Of a stretch of DNA of 64,000 nt, positions 27,570-40,729 are shown one piece after another; the first letter of the stretch is position 1, and each line of letters opens with the position of its first letter. Source of the DNA: Octopus vulgaris. Lineage: Eukaryota. Under the pieces are notes generated by a model. The model made no database searches. It was given only the letters and a program-made list of their open reading frames with translations, and had not been told where the DNA came from. Location: the NCBI GenBank assembly GCA_951406725.2, contig OX597835.1, forward strand, positions 17,112,001-17,176,000, in the 5' to 3' direction. Both the position numbers and the translations under genes were made by a program.

Positions 27570-27661
27570 GTGCACATATAGTGAATGCTCTGCGTAAATT
27601 GAGAAATGGTGACGAGTGAAAATTTAGTAAATATAATTTTAAGCTTTATACATATATATAT

Positions 27662-27740
<79 letters not shown>

Positions 27741-27746
27741 ATATAT

Positions 27747-27803
<57 letters not shown>

Positions 27804-27964
27804 CATACATATATATATATATATACATACATATATTTATATATATATATATATATACATACATATATATATATATTTATATATATATATATACATACAT
27901 ATATATATATATACATATATATATACATACATATATATATACATATATACATACACACACACAT

Positions 27965-28057
<93 letters not shown>

Positions 28058-28059
28058 TA

Positions 28060-28250
28060 TAGTTGAAATTTGTAGAAAAACAACCGAAGACGACTTGTGT
28101 ATGAACAACATGCAAGTGTATTGGTTTGGCGCTCGGTAAAAATGCAAACGTCTTTTACGTTTCGAGCCTACGCTCTTCAGCAGAAGGGAATAAGAGGAAA
28201 TAAACAGAGAGAGAATGAAAAAAATGTGTAGAGTACAGCGGTGCAACACC
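28060..28250 (-). mobile_element. Family H short element with hammerhead-like fold, abutting (TA)n
   Basis: Reverse complement CCTT-CTGCTGA-A-GAGC-GTAG-GCTC-GAAA-CGTA-AAAG at 28150-28187; homologous copies listed separately. Confidence 0.75.
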
Positions 28251-28251
28251 G

Positions 28252-28310
<59 letters not shown>

Positions 28311-28468
28311 GGTCTGTCTGTCTGTCTGTCTGACTCTGTGTGTGTGTCTCTCTCTATAGATATATATATATACATACACATACATACATATATATATATA
28401 TATATAATATAATTTGATGTATATATAGATATACATACATACATATATATATGTATATATATATATAA

Positions 28469-28529
<61 letters not shown>

Positions 28530-28559
28530 TACATGTAAAAGAACGTTGCAGTTCGCTTG

Positions 28560-28710
28560 AAGCATTGCTGTACAGAAGTAGAAAGGGAAAAGGGAAATAA
28601 ATGAAGCTTTTAACAATATTAACAATGCAGAAAGTTTTAGAAAAAGAAACTTTTATATTTCGGCTTGAAAGGCCTACCTTCAGAAGGAAGCAGTACAAGA
28701 AATGTGTATT
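28560..28710 (-). mobile_element. Distinct short element with hammerhead-like fold
   Basis: Reverse complement CCTT-CTGAAGG-TA-GGC-CTTTCAA-GCC-GAAA-TATA-AAAG at about 28650-28688. Confidence 0.45.
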
Positions 28711-28760
28711 TACATCAATTTCATTATTTTTAAACTGTTCCCCCAACAGTTTAAGATACA

Positions 28761-29143
28761 TGGAAGCACTCCGTCGGTTACGACGACGAGGGTTCCGGTT
28801 GATCCGATCAACGGAACAGCCTGCTCGTGAAATTAACGTGTAAGTGGCTGAGCACTCCACAGACACGTGCACCCTTAACGTAGTTCTCGGGGATATTCAG
28901 CGTGACACAGAGAGTGACAAGGCCGGCCCTTTGAAATACAGGTACAACAGAAACAGGAAGTAAGAGTGAGAGAAAGTTGTGGTGAAAGAGTACAGCAGGG
29001 ATCACCACCATCCCTGCCGGAGCCTCGTGGAGCTTTAGGTGTTTTCGCTCAATAAACACTCACAACGCCCGGTCTGGGAATCGAAACCGCGATCCTACGA
29101 CCGCGAGTCCGCTGCCCTAACCACTGGGCCATTGCGCCTCCTT
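28761..29143 (-). mobile_element. SINE family C, full length
   Basis: 12-bp TSD GTTTAAGATACA at 28749-28760 and 29144-29155. Confidence 0.93.
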
Positions 29144-29293
29144 GTTTAAGATACAACGAAAGTTTAGAATATAACTGAAAGAAAAGGGTGAAGAGGAAGA
29201 GGAGATTTCATGGTTGGAATATCTCTAATCATAGATTTGTTGGATCAGTGCAGTCTTGGGGCTAAGCTACAATACAATAATAATCATAACTTT

Positions 29294-29681
29294 CGTGGAA
29301 GCGCAATGGCCCAGTGGTTAGGGCAGCGGACTCGCGGTCATAGGATCGCGGTTTCGATTTCCAGACCGGGCGTTGTGAGTGTTTATTGAGCGAAAACACT
29401 TAAAAGCTCCACGAGGCTCCGGCAGGTGATGGTGGTGATCCCTGCTGTACTCTTTCGCCACAGCTTTCTCTCACTCTTACTTCCTGTTTCTGTTGTACCT
29501 GTATTTCAAAGGGCCGGCCTTGTCACTCTTTGTGTCACGCTGAATATCCCCGAGAACTACGTTAAGGGTACACGTGTCTGTGGAGTGCTCAGCCACTTAC
29601 ACGTTAATTTCACGAGCAGGCTGTTCCGTTGATTCGGATTAGCCGGAACCCTCATCGTCGTAACCGACGGAGTGCTTCCAC
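29294..29681 (+). mobile_element. SINE family C, full length
   Basis: 12-bp TSD AATCATAACTTT at 29282-29293 and 29682-29693. Confidence 0.93.
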
Positions 29682-29710
29682 AATCATAACTTTAATAATG
29701 ATGGTGCTCG

Positions 29711-29850
29711 ACGGTACTTATTTTATTGACCCCGAATAGATAAAAGATAAAGTCGACGCCGCCGGGATTCGAACTCAGATCGTAAAGACGGCCAAAATAC
29801 TGCTAAAGCATACTACTCGGTGCGTTAATGATTCTGCCAGCTCGCCACCT
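29711..29850 (-). mobile_element. SINE family B fragment
   Basis: GGTACTTATTTTATTGACCCCG..AAAGTCGAC..TTCGAACTC..TCTGCCAGCTCGCC. Confidence 0.75.
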
Positions 29851-30392
29851 TTAATGATAATAATAACACTGTAAATTTCTAATAATATATTAAGGCTGTC
29901 GTCTGCCAGCTATGTGACCAAACAAACAACCCAAAAGGTCGCCAAACAAAAACATTGGAACCACAATAGACCAGAATAAACTAGTGACCAATTACTGTAC
30001 TGAATTCTTGCCATGATGTTCTGCGAGTAAATGTTTCCACGGAATTGTTTTGTTCCATTTTAAGACAATTATCTGACTTCCTGTGATGTTTGAAGAAATT
30101 GTACAATTGAAAAAATTTTTCTATGATTAAACATCCTTTTGTCTCCTACAAAATCTTCTACACAAACATTTCGCGTTGAACTTTCTTTCATTATATCCAA
30201 CATTCAGACTACTTCGCCAACTCTTAATATTGTTGTAACTATGAAACGGGAACGTCCTATCTATCTGCTAGAAATAGTAACCAAATCTCATTTCATTTCA
30301 TGAATCGCCATACAAAATAACAAAAGTACATTTTACATAATGTAGGCATATATATACACGCACACACAAACATTCGTACGTACATACATACG

Positions 30393-30492
30393 GTGGAATG
30401 TCCCAGTGGAAAACTCTATAAAATGTAAACACAATAGACCTGATATAATGAATTGGGATAAGGATGAGAAACCGCGTACAGTTGTGGAAATT
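30393..30492 (+). mobile_element. RLE-type non-LTR retrotransposon fragment
   Basis: WNVPVENSIKCKHNRPDIMNWDKDEK..TVVEI (RPD motif of the restriction-like endonuclease). Confidence 0.7.
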
Positions 30493-30497
30493 TTAAG

Positions 30498-30742
30498 TGG
30501 GAAGGTAGGTTTATGGGATTACCCTGGGTTTCCCGGCGATAAGGGGTCTAGATTTATGGTGTATCGTCAGACCCCAAAACCTGTTGGCTTAACACCTCTT
30601 CAAAATGTGGAGGGGGAGGTTTTTCCCCTCCATATTTGAAGCGGTCTTAGGCCAACAGGATTTGGGGTTTGACGATACGCCATAAAGCTAAACCCCTTAT
30701 GGACGGGAAACTGAGTGGGTGTAATCCCATTAACCGGCCTTT

Positions 30743-30745
<3 letters not shown>
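30498..30745. repeat. ~250-bp imperfect palindrome (fold-back element) next to (TA)n
   Basis: Arms pair around GGAGGGG-GAGGTTTT-CCCCTCC; left arm homologous to about 47770-47880. Confidence 0.85.
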
Positions 30746-30819
<74 letters not shown>

Positions 30820-30821
30820 CA

Positions 30822-31010
30822 TAGGGAGAATTCACAAAAAGAAAAAACAAAAGACGAAGACATGTGGAGTAGACAACAAACAGATGTATTAGTATAACGC
30901 TTGGGAAGTGAAAAAGTTTTTAACGTTTCGAGCCTACGCTCTTTCACAGAAAGGAACACAGAAAGAAACAAGGAGAGAAAATTAAGAATGCGTAGTGGCT
31001 AGCGATCTAT
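30822..31010 (-). mobile_element. Family H element
   Basis: ACGTTTCGAGCCTACGCTCTT..CAGAAAGG; 3' end abuts (TA)n. Confidence 0.75.
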
Positions 31011-31142
31011 CACATATACATATTGTATATAGAGAGACCATGTCTTTCCTTTACTGGTCTCAATTCTGATTTGCTGACCGATAAAAAACGAACCTCCACA
31101 CTTACATTCTGTGCATACCACATATTCTGTGCTTGTGCATAC

Positions 31143-31382
31143 CGTTCAATGTCTTGTATGTCATAAGATCTGCAAATCTAATGGAGACCTCAAGAGACAT
31201 TTTAAAATCCACAAAGATCAGAACTTAACTGCAACTCTTGGTTGTCCAAATCGGATATGCAATCTATGTGGGTGTCTTTTCAAAACATTGTCTGGTTTAA
31301 AAAGCCACATCAGACGCCATGTTGGATCTAAGGTATAAGTACAACAGGTGGGCAGATTCTGCATAAGGAGAAGAAAACCACA
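31143..31382 (+). mobile_element. RTE-like LINE 3' end with two C2H2 zinc fingers, then (CA)n
   Basis: CLVCHKICKSNGDLKRHFKIH...CNLCGCLFKTLSGLKSHIRRH..*; same layout as 18343-18589. Confidence 0.7.
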
Positions 31383-31611
31383 CACACAGACACACACACA
31401 TAAATTTGTGACAATTATGTTTTTCCTATATTATATATGTGTGTGAATATATGTATATATACGCGAGTATATATATAAATGTGTATATATATGGATATTT
31501 GCATATATGTATGCATATGCATGCATATATATGCGTGTATAGATGTATAATTCATATATATAAATGTATATATGTAAGCTCGTGAGTGTATGTAAATATG
31601 AATATGGGTGA

Positions 31612-32052
31612 GCAAGGAGAGATAGAGAGAGAAAGAGAAAAAATGAAGTTTAGAGAGAGTTAGAAAGAGGGAGAGAGAAAGAGAGAAAGAGAATGAGAGA
31701 AAAATAAAGAACCAGGGGGAGAAAAGAGAAAGAGAGTGAGAAAAAGAGAAAGAAAAATAAGAGAGAGAGAGTGGGAAAGAGAGAATGAGGCAAAAAGAAA
31801 GAGTGACAGTATTGGAAGAAAGAAACAGGTGGAGAAGAGAGAGAGAAAAAAAGTGAGAGAGAGAAAGAGAGAAACAAAAAAAGAGAGGGAAAGAGAGCGA
31901 GAGTGAGAAAGAGAAAGAGAGAGAGGGAGAGCGAGAAAGAGAGAAAGAGTGAGAAAGAGAGAGAGAGAAAGAGAGAGAGAGAGAAAGAGAGAGAGAAATA
32001 GTGAGAGCGAGAAAGAGAAAGAGAGAGAGAAAAAGAGAGAGAGCGAGAAAGA

Positions 32053-32132
<80 letters not shown>

Positions 32133-32210
32133 TAGTGAGAGCGAGAAAGAGAGAGAGAGAAAGAGAGCGATAGAGAGAGAGAGAGAAAGAGAGAGAGAGA
32201 TAGAGAGATG
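31612..32210. repeat. ~600-bp polypurine (GA/GAAA) tract
   Basis: Almost exclusively A/G on the + strand. Confidence 0.9.
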
Positions 32211-32656
32211 GTATGGTGCCAGAACCGTTTACGTTCTTCTCATCGACTCATTGACCGTCTGTTGATGATTGTATCATTCTGTGGAAATCCCACTTCACCA
32301 TAAAATGTAATAATATCTGATTAATTAAAGAGTCATTCATTAGCCAATTTATTGGTCTATGGATGTCTCTATGTGTGTGTGTGTGTGTGTATATAAATAT
32401 GGGCGCGTGCGCGTGTTTGAGTCTATGTATGTGCATTTTTGTAAATGGTTGTGGATATGTATGTGCTGGTGTGCGTATGCAATTCTCTATTTGCATATAT
32501 GTATATGTGTATGTGTGTCTATATATGTAGTGGTGTACGTGTATGTATGTATGTACGTATGGATGTATGTATGTATGTAAGTATGCATATATATATGTGT
32601 ATGTGTGTATGTATATATATATGTATATATATATATGTATATATATATATGTATAC

Positions 32657-32711
<55 letters not shown>

Positions 32712-32771
32712 TATATATATATACATATGTATATACATATATATGTGTTTGTGTATATATATATATATGTG

Positions 32772-32873
<102 letters not shown>

Positions 32874-34073
32874 CGGGTGTGTCTGTCTCTGTATATGTAT
32901 TAATGTACATATGTACGTATATATTTGTATATACGTTTGTGTGTGTGTGTGTATTTGAGTGTATATATGTGTGTATTTGCACATATATTTGCATATATTT
33001 GTGTATGTGTACGTGTCTATTTTTTCGATTTTGTTGTTGTTGTTGTTGTTGTTGTTAGTTTCTTCCTCTTCTCCTCTTCATTCTTTCTTCATTCGTTTCA
33101 TTGGGGGATAGTTGAATATTGTTCTTGTTGTTCGTGTTCTACCTCATTTACCCCACCTCCTCCTACACCTACTTCATAATCATCAATATAACCACTCCAC
33201 CTCCAATATCGTCGGCGTCCCCTCCTCATGATCCTCCTCTGCTTCCACCTCCTCCTTATAATCATCATCATCATCATCGTTTTCATCGTCGTCCTCATCT
33301 TCATCACCATCATCATTATCATCATCATCTTCCTAGTGTTCCGGTTCCCGTTCCACTTTCACTTCATCCTCTTCTTCCTCCAGTTCCTCCTCCTTCTTCT
33401 CTTCCCTCTCTTCAAATTTCTTTTTCTTTTCTTCTTTTCTTTTTCTTCATTCTTCTGTTTTCCTTCCTCTTCGTCTACATTCCTTTCTAACTCTTCCTTC
33501 CCCTCATTCATTCATTCATTCATTCATTTTCTTCTTCTTCTTCTTCTTCTTCTGCTTTTTCTTCTTCTTCTTCTTCTTCTTCTTCTTCTTCTGCTTTCGT
33601 CTACTTTTCCTCTTCTTTCTTCTTTCTTCGACTTCTTCCTTCTTCTTCTTCGGCAACGTCTTCGACTATCTCCTCCTCCTCCTTCTCCTCCTCTTCCTTT
33701 TCATTTTCGAAATCGATCGATCGAACTGTATCACACAAAAGATCGATAGTTCTTCCACGGTTCTACTTCACAGTGGCTACTTTTCAAACGAAGTGTTTAT
33801 GGATTGGTTGGAATTTGTCGCCATGGTAATCAAAGAAATTAGTCAAGAGGAAACTTCTCTTAAAATTCCAGCTAAACAATCACCAAATTCCCGAAGAGTG
33901 ATAAAAGATACTTTTAAAGTCTGATGCAGAATTCTTCACTTACGCTTACCAAAAAAATAGCAAAAAACCGAAACAAACAACAAACAAACAAACTATAACA
34001 TAATATATTAACATTAATATTAACAAAAGTATTACTATTAATAATAATAATAATAATAATAACGCCTTCATTT

Positions 34074-34120
<47 letters not shown>

Positions 34121-34176
34121 ATGATGATGATGATGCTACCACTACCACCACCACCACCACCAACACCACCACCAGC

Positions 34177-34215
<39 letters not shown>

Positions 34216-34249
34216 GTTATTACTACTGTTAATAAAGATGATAGATTTT

Positions 34250-34447
34250 TTCCAAATTTTGGACGAGGCCAACAATTTCGGAGGGGGAGGGGAGTTAAGG
34301 GGGGGTTGAGGGTTAAGTTGATTACATTGATCCCCAGTAGTCAACTGGTATTGAACTCAGGACGTACGTAGCGACGGGGTGGGGGTGGGGGGAAATATTG
34401 CTAAGCTTTTCGTCCAGCGTGCAAACGATACTTCCTGCTCACCACCT
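34250..34447 (-). mobile_element. SINE family B, diverged
   Basis: AAGTTGATTACATTGATCCCCAGT..TTGAACTCAG..GCTAAGCTTTTCGTCCAGCGTGC. Confidence 0.65.
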
Positions 34448-34467
34448 CTAATAATAATAATAATAAT

Positions 34468-34583
<116 letters not shown>

Positions 34584-34584
34584 T

Positions 34585-34684
34585 AGTGCCTAGTGTACCC
34601 TTTTCAGACGGGTAGTCATGATGTGTAAACTGGGCTTCGTATATTTTACCCCAGTGTTATTTGGATGGCATGCACTGCGCTCTC

Positions 34685-34725
<41 letters not shown>

Positions 34726-34869
34726 TAATAATAATAATAATAATAGTGCCTAGTGTACCCTTTTCAGACGGGTAGTCATGATGCGTAAACTGGGCTTCGT
34801 ATATTTTACCCCAGTGTTATTTGGATGGTATGCACTGCGCTCTCAATAATAATAATAATAATAATAATA

Positions 34870-34929
<60 letters not shown>

Positions 34930-35028
34930 GTGCCTAGTGTACCCTTTTCAGACGGGTAGTCATGATGCGTAAACTGGGCTTCGTATATTTTACCCCAGTG
35001 TTATTTGGATGGTATGCACTGCGCTCTC

Positions 35029-35060
<32 letters not shown>
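34585..35060 (+). repeat. Three tandem copies of the family T 3' end, each followed by (TAA)n
   Basis: Units start at about 34585, 34745 and 34929 with the same truncation point (AGTGCCTAGTGTACCCTTTTCAGACGGG). Confidence 0.9.
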
Positions 35061-35209
35061 TGATATTAATAATAGTGGTGGTGGTAGTAGTTGTGGTCGT
35101 ACTGATAGTAACAGCAGTAGTGATATCTGTTGTAGCAGTAGTTGCATTATTATTATTATTGGTGGTGATGGTGGGAGGTGTGGTGGCGTTGATCATCATT
35201 GTGGTCATC

Positions 35210-35251
<42 letters not shown>

Positions 35252-35534
35252 ATAATATTAGGGGCAGCAGCAGCAGTTGCAGTAGCAGCAGTAGCAAGTA
35301 ATCAAAAGCAAGTAACAGGCGACGTTTGATGTTACAGAGCAAGGGATCAATGGAGCTGAAAAAGAAATGAATTTCAACTCGGATAATTCTTATGGGACAG
35401 CACTCGGTTACATTGTGTGTGGCACGGTGTGCGTGTGTTGTTGCTGCGCATGCGTATAGATGTACATCTATATGTATGCATGTACGTACGTATGTATTTA
35501 TATATGTATGTATGTACGTACCTATTCATGTATC

Positions 35535-35573
<39 letters not shown>

Positions 35574-35880
35574 CTATGTATGCTTATATATTTATATCGT
35601 TATGTATGCACAGATGCATAAATATATGTATATATATAAATATACACACATACATACACAAAGATGCATGGTTATATACTTATGTATTATATATACCTAT
35701 ATATACATGTATACATATGTGTGTATATACATATATATATATATTAATTACTAGTTTTGTAACTGTGTGTATGTTTATACATAATAATGTATGTAAGCGT
35801 CTGTGTATCTTTCAAAATACCTATCTATCTATCCATCCATCTATCTATTTATCTGTTATATATACATATATATATATAAA

Positions 35881-35911
<31 letters not shown>

Positions 35912-35945
35912 TTTTGAAAGATACACAGACGCATACATACATACA

Positions 35946-36005
<60 letters not shown>

Positions 36006-37355
36006 GTGCTTCGAATGTTATAGATGTAAGTTAACGTTAGATCTGTTACCAGGGAAGGAAATTGAAACTGTTGATGCAAAAAGAGAAGAGACACCAGAAT
36101 ACAATCGGCTGTCTTAGTTCAATCCTAGCAAGCCACAGTGTTCGGCTGCTGGCTCGGAAAAAGTAACATAAAGTATGTATGGCTGCCCCAACTCTTTCCG
36201 TTTCCAGCATAATCAGTTTTCGCTTGTTCCCTATTATTTATACTCCACCGATAGAATTTACCGAAATTGATCTTGTATTTGTCGTTTGATGGCTAACCAA
36301 ATCTACAGTTATAGTCAATGCTGAAAGCAATTCCTTGAGAAGATTGTGATTTCCCAGGAGGAACGAGACCACCGTTTGATTTATGTTTGATATCTATTGG
36401 AAGTACAGTTGTTTTATATTGGCTGTTTATTAATCTGAATCTTAGTATAGCGCCGACATGGACAAATCATACTAAACGACTAAAGAGAAAAGGTCGCTTT
36501 CTCTCTCTTTCTTTCCTGCTTTGTCTCTGCACTCTGTCAAGCTCTCTCTCTCTCCGTATCTCTCTGTCTGTGTGTCAGTGTGTCTCTGTGTCTGACTTTC
36601 TGCCTCTGTCTACCCTTGTTTCTTTGTTTCTCGGTTTCATGCTGTGTATGTTTCTCTGTCCATCTTTGTCTCTCTCTGTCTCTCTGTCTCTCTGTCTCTC
36701 TCTCTCTCTCTCTGCTCTCTCTCTCAGCATGTATTCATTCAAAGCCATTTTGATAATAAGAAATCAAATACATTAGATACAGATGATGGTGACTGACGTT
36801 AGTGTAAAGCTGATCAGATGCTTAACATTGGAAATAAAACCAAACATAAAAAGAAAAAAGAAAAAAAAAAAAACAAACAAACAAACGAACCGAAAACAAC
36901 AACAATAAAGACTTACCACAATGCAAAGAACAAAAAGAGAAAACAAAAAAAGCAAAAAACAAATAAAAAACAAACTGCTAAAAAAAAGACCAGAAATGAA
37001 AAAAGAATGAAGACTGTCTTTATTCTAATCAAATTTAGAATAGAACGAAACCAGCCAACGACGGAAACTCCAATAGAGTTGCTAGAAATAGTAGCCAGTT
37101 CTATCTAACGTCACGCATTGTCTTTAAATAGAAGAAAAAAAAAAGAAGTACAAAATAAAACAAAAGTGCCGAACATGAATAAAAGATGGGATGGTCATAG
37201 TTGGAAGACGCTTCATTGAAACTCTGCAGGATCGAGAGTGGCGCAGGGTGGAATACCAGCAATTACAATAATAGCAATTAAAAAGAGTAGATTTCATGAT
37301 TTCAATGAATCAGTGGAGCATAGTGGATGAGAAAGGGTGAGTGACGGTTGATGAG

Positions 37356-37401
<46 letters not shown>

Positions 37402-37404
37402 TTC

Positions 37405-37787
37405 TGCTGTGTGGTAAGTAGCTTGTTTACCAACCACATGGTTCTGGGTTCAGTCCCACTGCGTGACACCTTGGGCAAATGTCTTCTACTATAGCCTCGG
37501 GCCGACCAAGGACCTGTGAGTGGATTTGGTAGACGGAAACTGAAAGAAGCCCGTCGTATATATGTATATATATGAGTGTGTGTGAATCTGTGTTTGCCCC
37601 CCTAGCATTGCTTGACAACCGATGCTGGTGTGTTTACGTCCCCGTCACTTAGCGGTTCGGCAAAAAGAGACCGATAGAATAAGTACTGGGCTTACAAAGA
37701 ATAAGTCCCGGGATCGAGTTGCTCGATTAAAGGCGGTGCTCCAGCATGGCCGCAGTCAAATGACTGAAACAAGTAAAAAGTAAAAGA

Positions 37788-37790
<3 letters not shown>
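37405..37790 (+). mobile_element. SINE family A, near full length
   Basis: Matches 19134-19520 and 45878-46285. Confidence 0.9.
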
Positions 37791-37819
<29 letters not shown>

Positions 37820-37823
<4 letters not shown>

Positions 37824-38003
37824 ACCGCTAATTCCTGCTCTGTTTTTCATATTCTCTCTCTGTTTATCTCCTCGTGTTCCTTTCTGTTGGAGAGCGTAGG
37901 ATCGAAACCTAAAAGACTTTCTCACCTTCCCAAGCGTCAAACTAATAACCTGCTTGTTGTTTATACACCTGTCTATGTCTTTTGTTTTTCTGTAAATTTT
38001 AAC
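37820..38003 (+). mobile_element. Family H element
   Basis: CCTTT-CTGTTGG-A-GAGCGTAGGATC-GAAA-CCTA-AAAG; between (TA)n tracts. Confidence 0.75.
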
Positions 38004-38384
38004 TATATATATATATATATATATATACCCCACATACCCCACCCCACCCACACACTCACACACCACTTCAACATACCCCACCCTCACTTCTTCTCCCACC
38101 CACACTTGCTTCTCCCACCCTTGCCTCCTCCACACCCAACACTACACCACACCACATAATGTCACCCCTACGTACTAGCACTGACCACTTCCCACCACTC
38201 TCAACTTCATCCACACACCTACATATGCACACACACACATCAAGGTCAACAGTCCCCATCCACACGTACATACACGCTCTCACATACACACGTACGCGCA
38301 CCTTGGTTTTGGGATCACCACTACTTTATTAACTCCCCTTCTTCCTAGCTCTCCTGTCTGCCCACCTCTGTCCGGCATTCCTCA

Positions 38385-38585
38385 TGCTTGACCGCTAACC
38401 ACTAAACCTTTTTTTAAATATTTTCTCTCAGTTTATTTCTGTGTTCCTTTCTGTTGAAGAGCGTAGGCTCGAAACGAAAATGACTTTTTCACTTCCGGAG
38501 CGTTAAACTAATACATCTGTTTGTTGTTTACACTCCCGTTTTGTCTTTTGTTGTGTTTGTTTACTTTTTTGTAAATTCCAACAAT
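38385..38585 (+). mobile_element. Family H element
   Basis: CTTT-CTGTTGA-A-GAGC-GTAG-GCTC-GAAA at 38447-38474; 3' end abuts (TA)n. Confidence 0.75.
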
Positions 38586-38594
38586 ATATATATG

Positions 38595-38682
<88 letters not shown>

Positions 38683-38685
38683 TGT

Positions 38686-38915
38686 AGGCGGCGAGCTGGC
38701 AGAAACGTTAGCACGTCGGACGAAATGCGTAGCCGTATTTCGTCTGCCGTTAAGTGTTCTGGGTTCAAATTCCGCCGAGGTCGACTTTGCCTTTCATCCT
38801 TTCGGGGTCGATAAATTAAGTACCAGTTACGCACTGGGGTCGATGTAATCGACTTAATCCCTTTGTCTGTCCTTGTTTGTCCCCTCTATGTTTAGCCCCT
38901 TGTGGGTAGTAAAAA
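38686..38915 (+). mobile_element. SINE family B, full length
   Basis: GGCGGCGAGCTGGCAGAAACG head, B box GGTTCAAATTCC, central GCCTTTCATCCTTTCGGGGTCGATAAATTAAGTACC (resembles, from memory, a conserved SINE central domain), tail TTAGCCCCTTGTGGGTAGTAAA. Confidence 0.9.
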
Positions 38916-39051
38916 AAAAAATATATATATGTGTGTGTATATATATATGTATATATACACTTATATATGTATGTATATATAAATATATATATGTATGTAT
39001 ATATGTGTGTATGTATATATACATACATATATGTATATATATAAATATGAA

Positions 39052-39298
39052 CTGGCACTCTGTCGGTCAAGACGTTTCCAGCTGATCCCATTAACGGAAC
39101 TTCCTTCTCGTGAAATTAACTTGCAAGTGGCTGAGCACTCCACAGACATGTGTCCCCTCAACATAGTTCTCACGGAAATTCAGCGTGACACAATATGTGA
39201 GAAGACTAGCCTTTGAAAAAGAGGTACTACTCATTCTGGCCAGTTGGATGGCTTGGAACAACATGAAATAAGGTCAGAACGCGTCGCCAGGAATCGAA
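39052..39298 (-). mobile_element. SINE family D, head-truncated
   Basis: Matches 6985-7250. Confidence 0.8.
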
Positions 39299-39299
39299 T

Positions 39300-39517
39300 G
39301 TCCGGGGAAAGTTGTTTATGGAAGACCAGCAGTAGCCAGTGCATACCGGCTTGCCCTCTCCAGCGACCACTGTTATCCAAGGGAAAGGCAAAGGCCGATA
39401 CTGAGTGAACTGGCGCAACGTTAAATAAGGTGTCTTGATCAGGAACACAACACGCAGCCCGGTCCGGGATTGGAACTCACAACCTCGCGATCGTAACCAC
39501 TGAGCCATCTGCCTTCA
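39300..39517 (-). mobile_element. SINE family F: D-like tRNA head with a different body (RTE 5'-UTR-like, inferred)
   Basis: Reverse complement TGGCTCAGTGG..GAGTTCCAATCC..TGTGTTCCTGATCAAGACACC, then GGCCTTTGCCTTTCCCTTGGATAAC..CTGCTGGTCTTCCATAAACAAC. Confidence 0.65.
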
Positions 39518-39659
39518 TGTTTGAGATATTTCTCAATATTTGAAACTATTAGTAGCACTTTAACACATGTATTGTGCCCTTTCAATAAATAATAATATTT
39601 ATCTCTCACCACCTTTTTTTGTAAAATTTTCTATCATAGGACAGTACCTTATATATGTG

Positions 39660-39708
<49 letters not shown>

Positions 39709-40092
39709 ACACATAACTTGGGTTTCAAAGGCTTACAGTATGAGATCTTCCTCGACCATCCACTCGCCAATCGACGCATTATAGTCAAATTAGTTGAACT
39801 GACTTCACTTCAAATAGAAATCGAAACCGTATCGCATTTACCAGTCCGCGTTAACCTTCGCGATATAAATATACGAAGCTAAAATACGCTGACTGAAGTG
39901 ATGTGCCATAAGAGATGCCAATGATACGATGCTTATATCAATAGCAAAATTTAGCACCTCAGGCCTCGATTTCAAGAGAAGCTTTTAAAACCTAGTGAAT
40001 ACGAAGAAAGCATATAATATGATTGATGTAATTATTTCAGACAAAACCTATTAATTCTATCAAAGACGCTGTATTTAAAATATCTGTTTTTA

Positions 40093-40141
<49 letters not shown>

Positions 40142-40292
40142 GTGTGTGTGTGTGTGTGTGCATGTGTATATGTGTGCGTGTGTGTGCGTATGTGTCACTC
40201 TATACAGATGTTCGTATATGATGATATATAAGAACATCTGCATCCATATATACATGCACACACACAACATACACACACACGCACACACACAT

Positions 40293-40329
<37 letters not shown>

Positions 40330-40403
40330 CATATATATATGCGTGTGTATACTGTAGTACTGTAACTCGTAATAAAGATTGCTAAACTCTTCGTTTTATA
40401 TGG

Positions 40404-40439
<36 letters not shown>

Positions 40440-40521
40440 CATACACACACGCACACTCACAAACATATACATATACATACACTCACACACATACAGATGT
40501 ATTGATATATATATATATGTA

Positions 40522-40554
<33 letters not shown>

Positions 40555-40675
40555 ATATATACACGCACAGACGTACACACATGTATATATTCATGAGGAT
40601 ATAGACTTTTGAACAAAGTAAATAAATGAAGCTGAAAGTTCTGTCGGAAATATTATATTACATTTATTACTTTTC

Positions 40676-40729
<54 letters not shown>

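Noticed and set aside
29297-29370. tRNA genes
   Set aside because: The tRNA-like segments are SINE heads, continuous with SINE bodies and TSDs, with no complete cloverleaf or terminator.
33799-33924. 41-aa small ORF MDWLEFVAM... with internal GCCATGG
   Set aside because: No homology or promoter/splice support; expected by chance.
34585-35060. CRISPR-like repeat-spacer array
   Set aside because: Units are ~100-bp retroposon tails, the spacers are (TAA)n, the context is eukaryotic and there are no cas genes.
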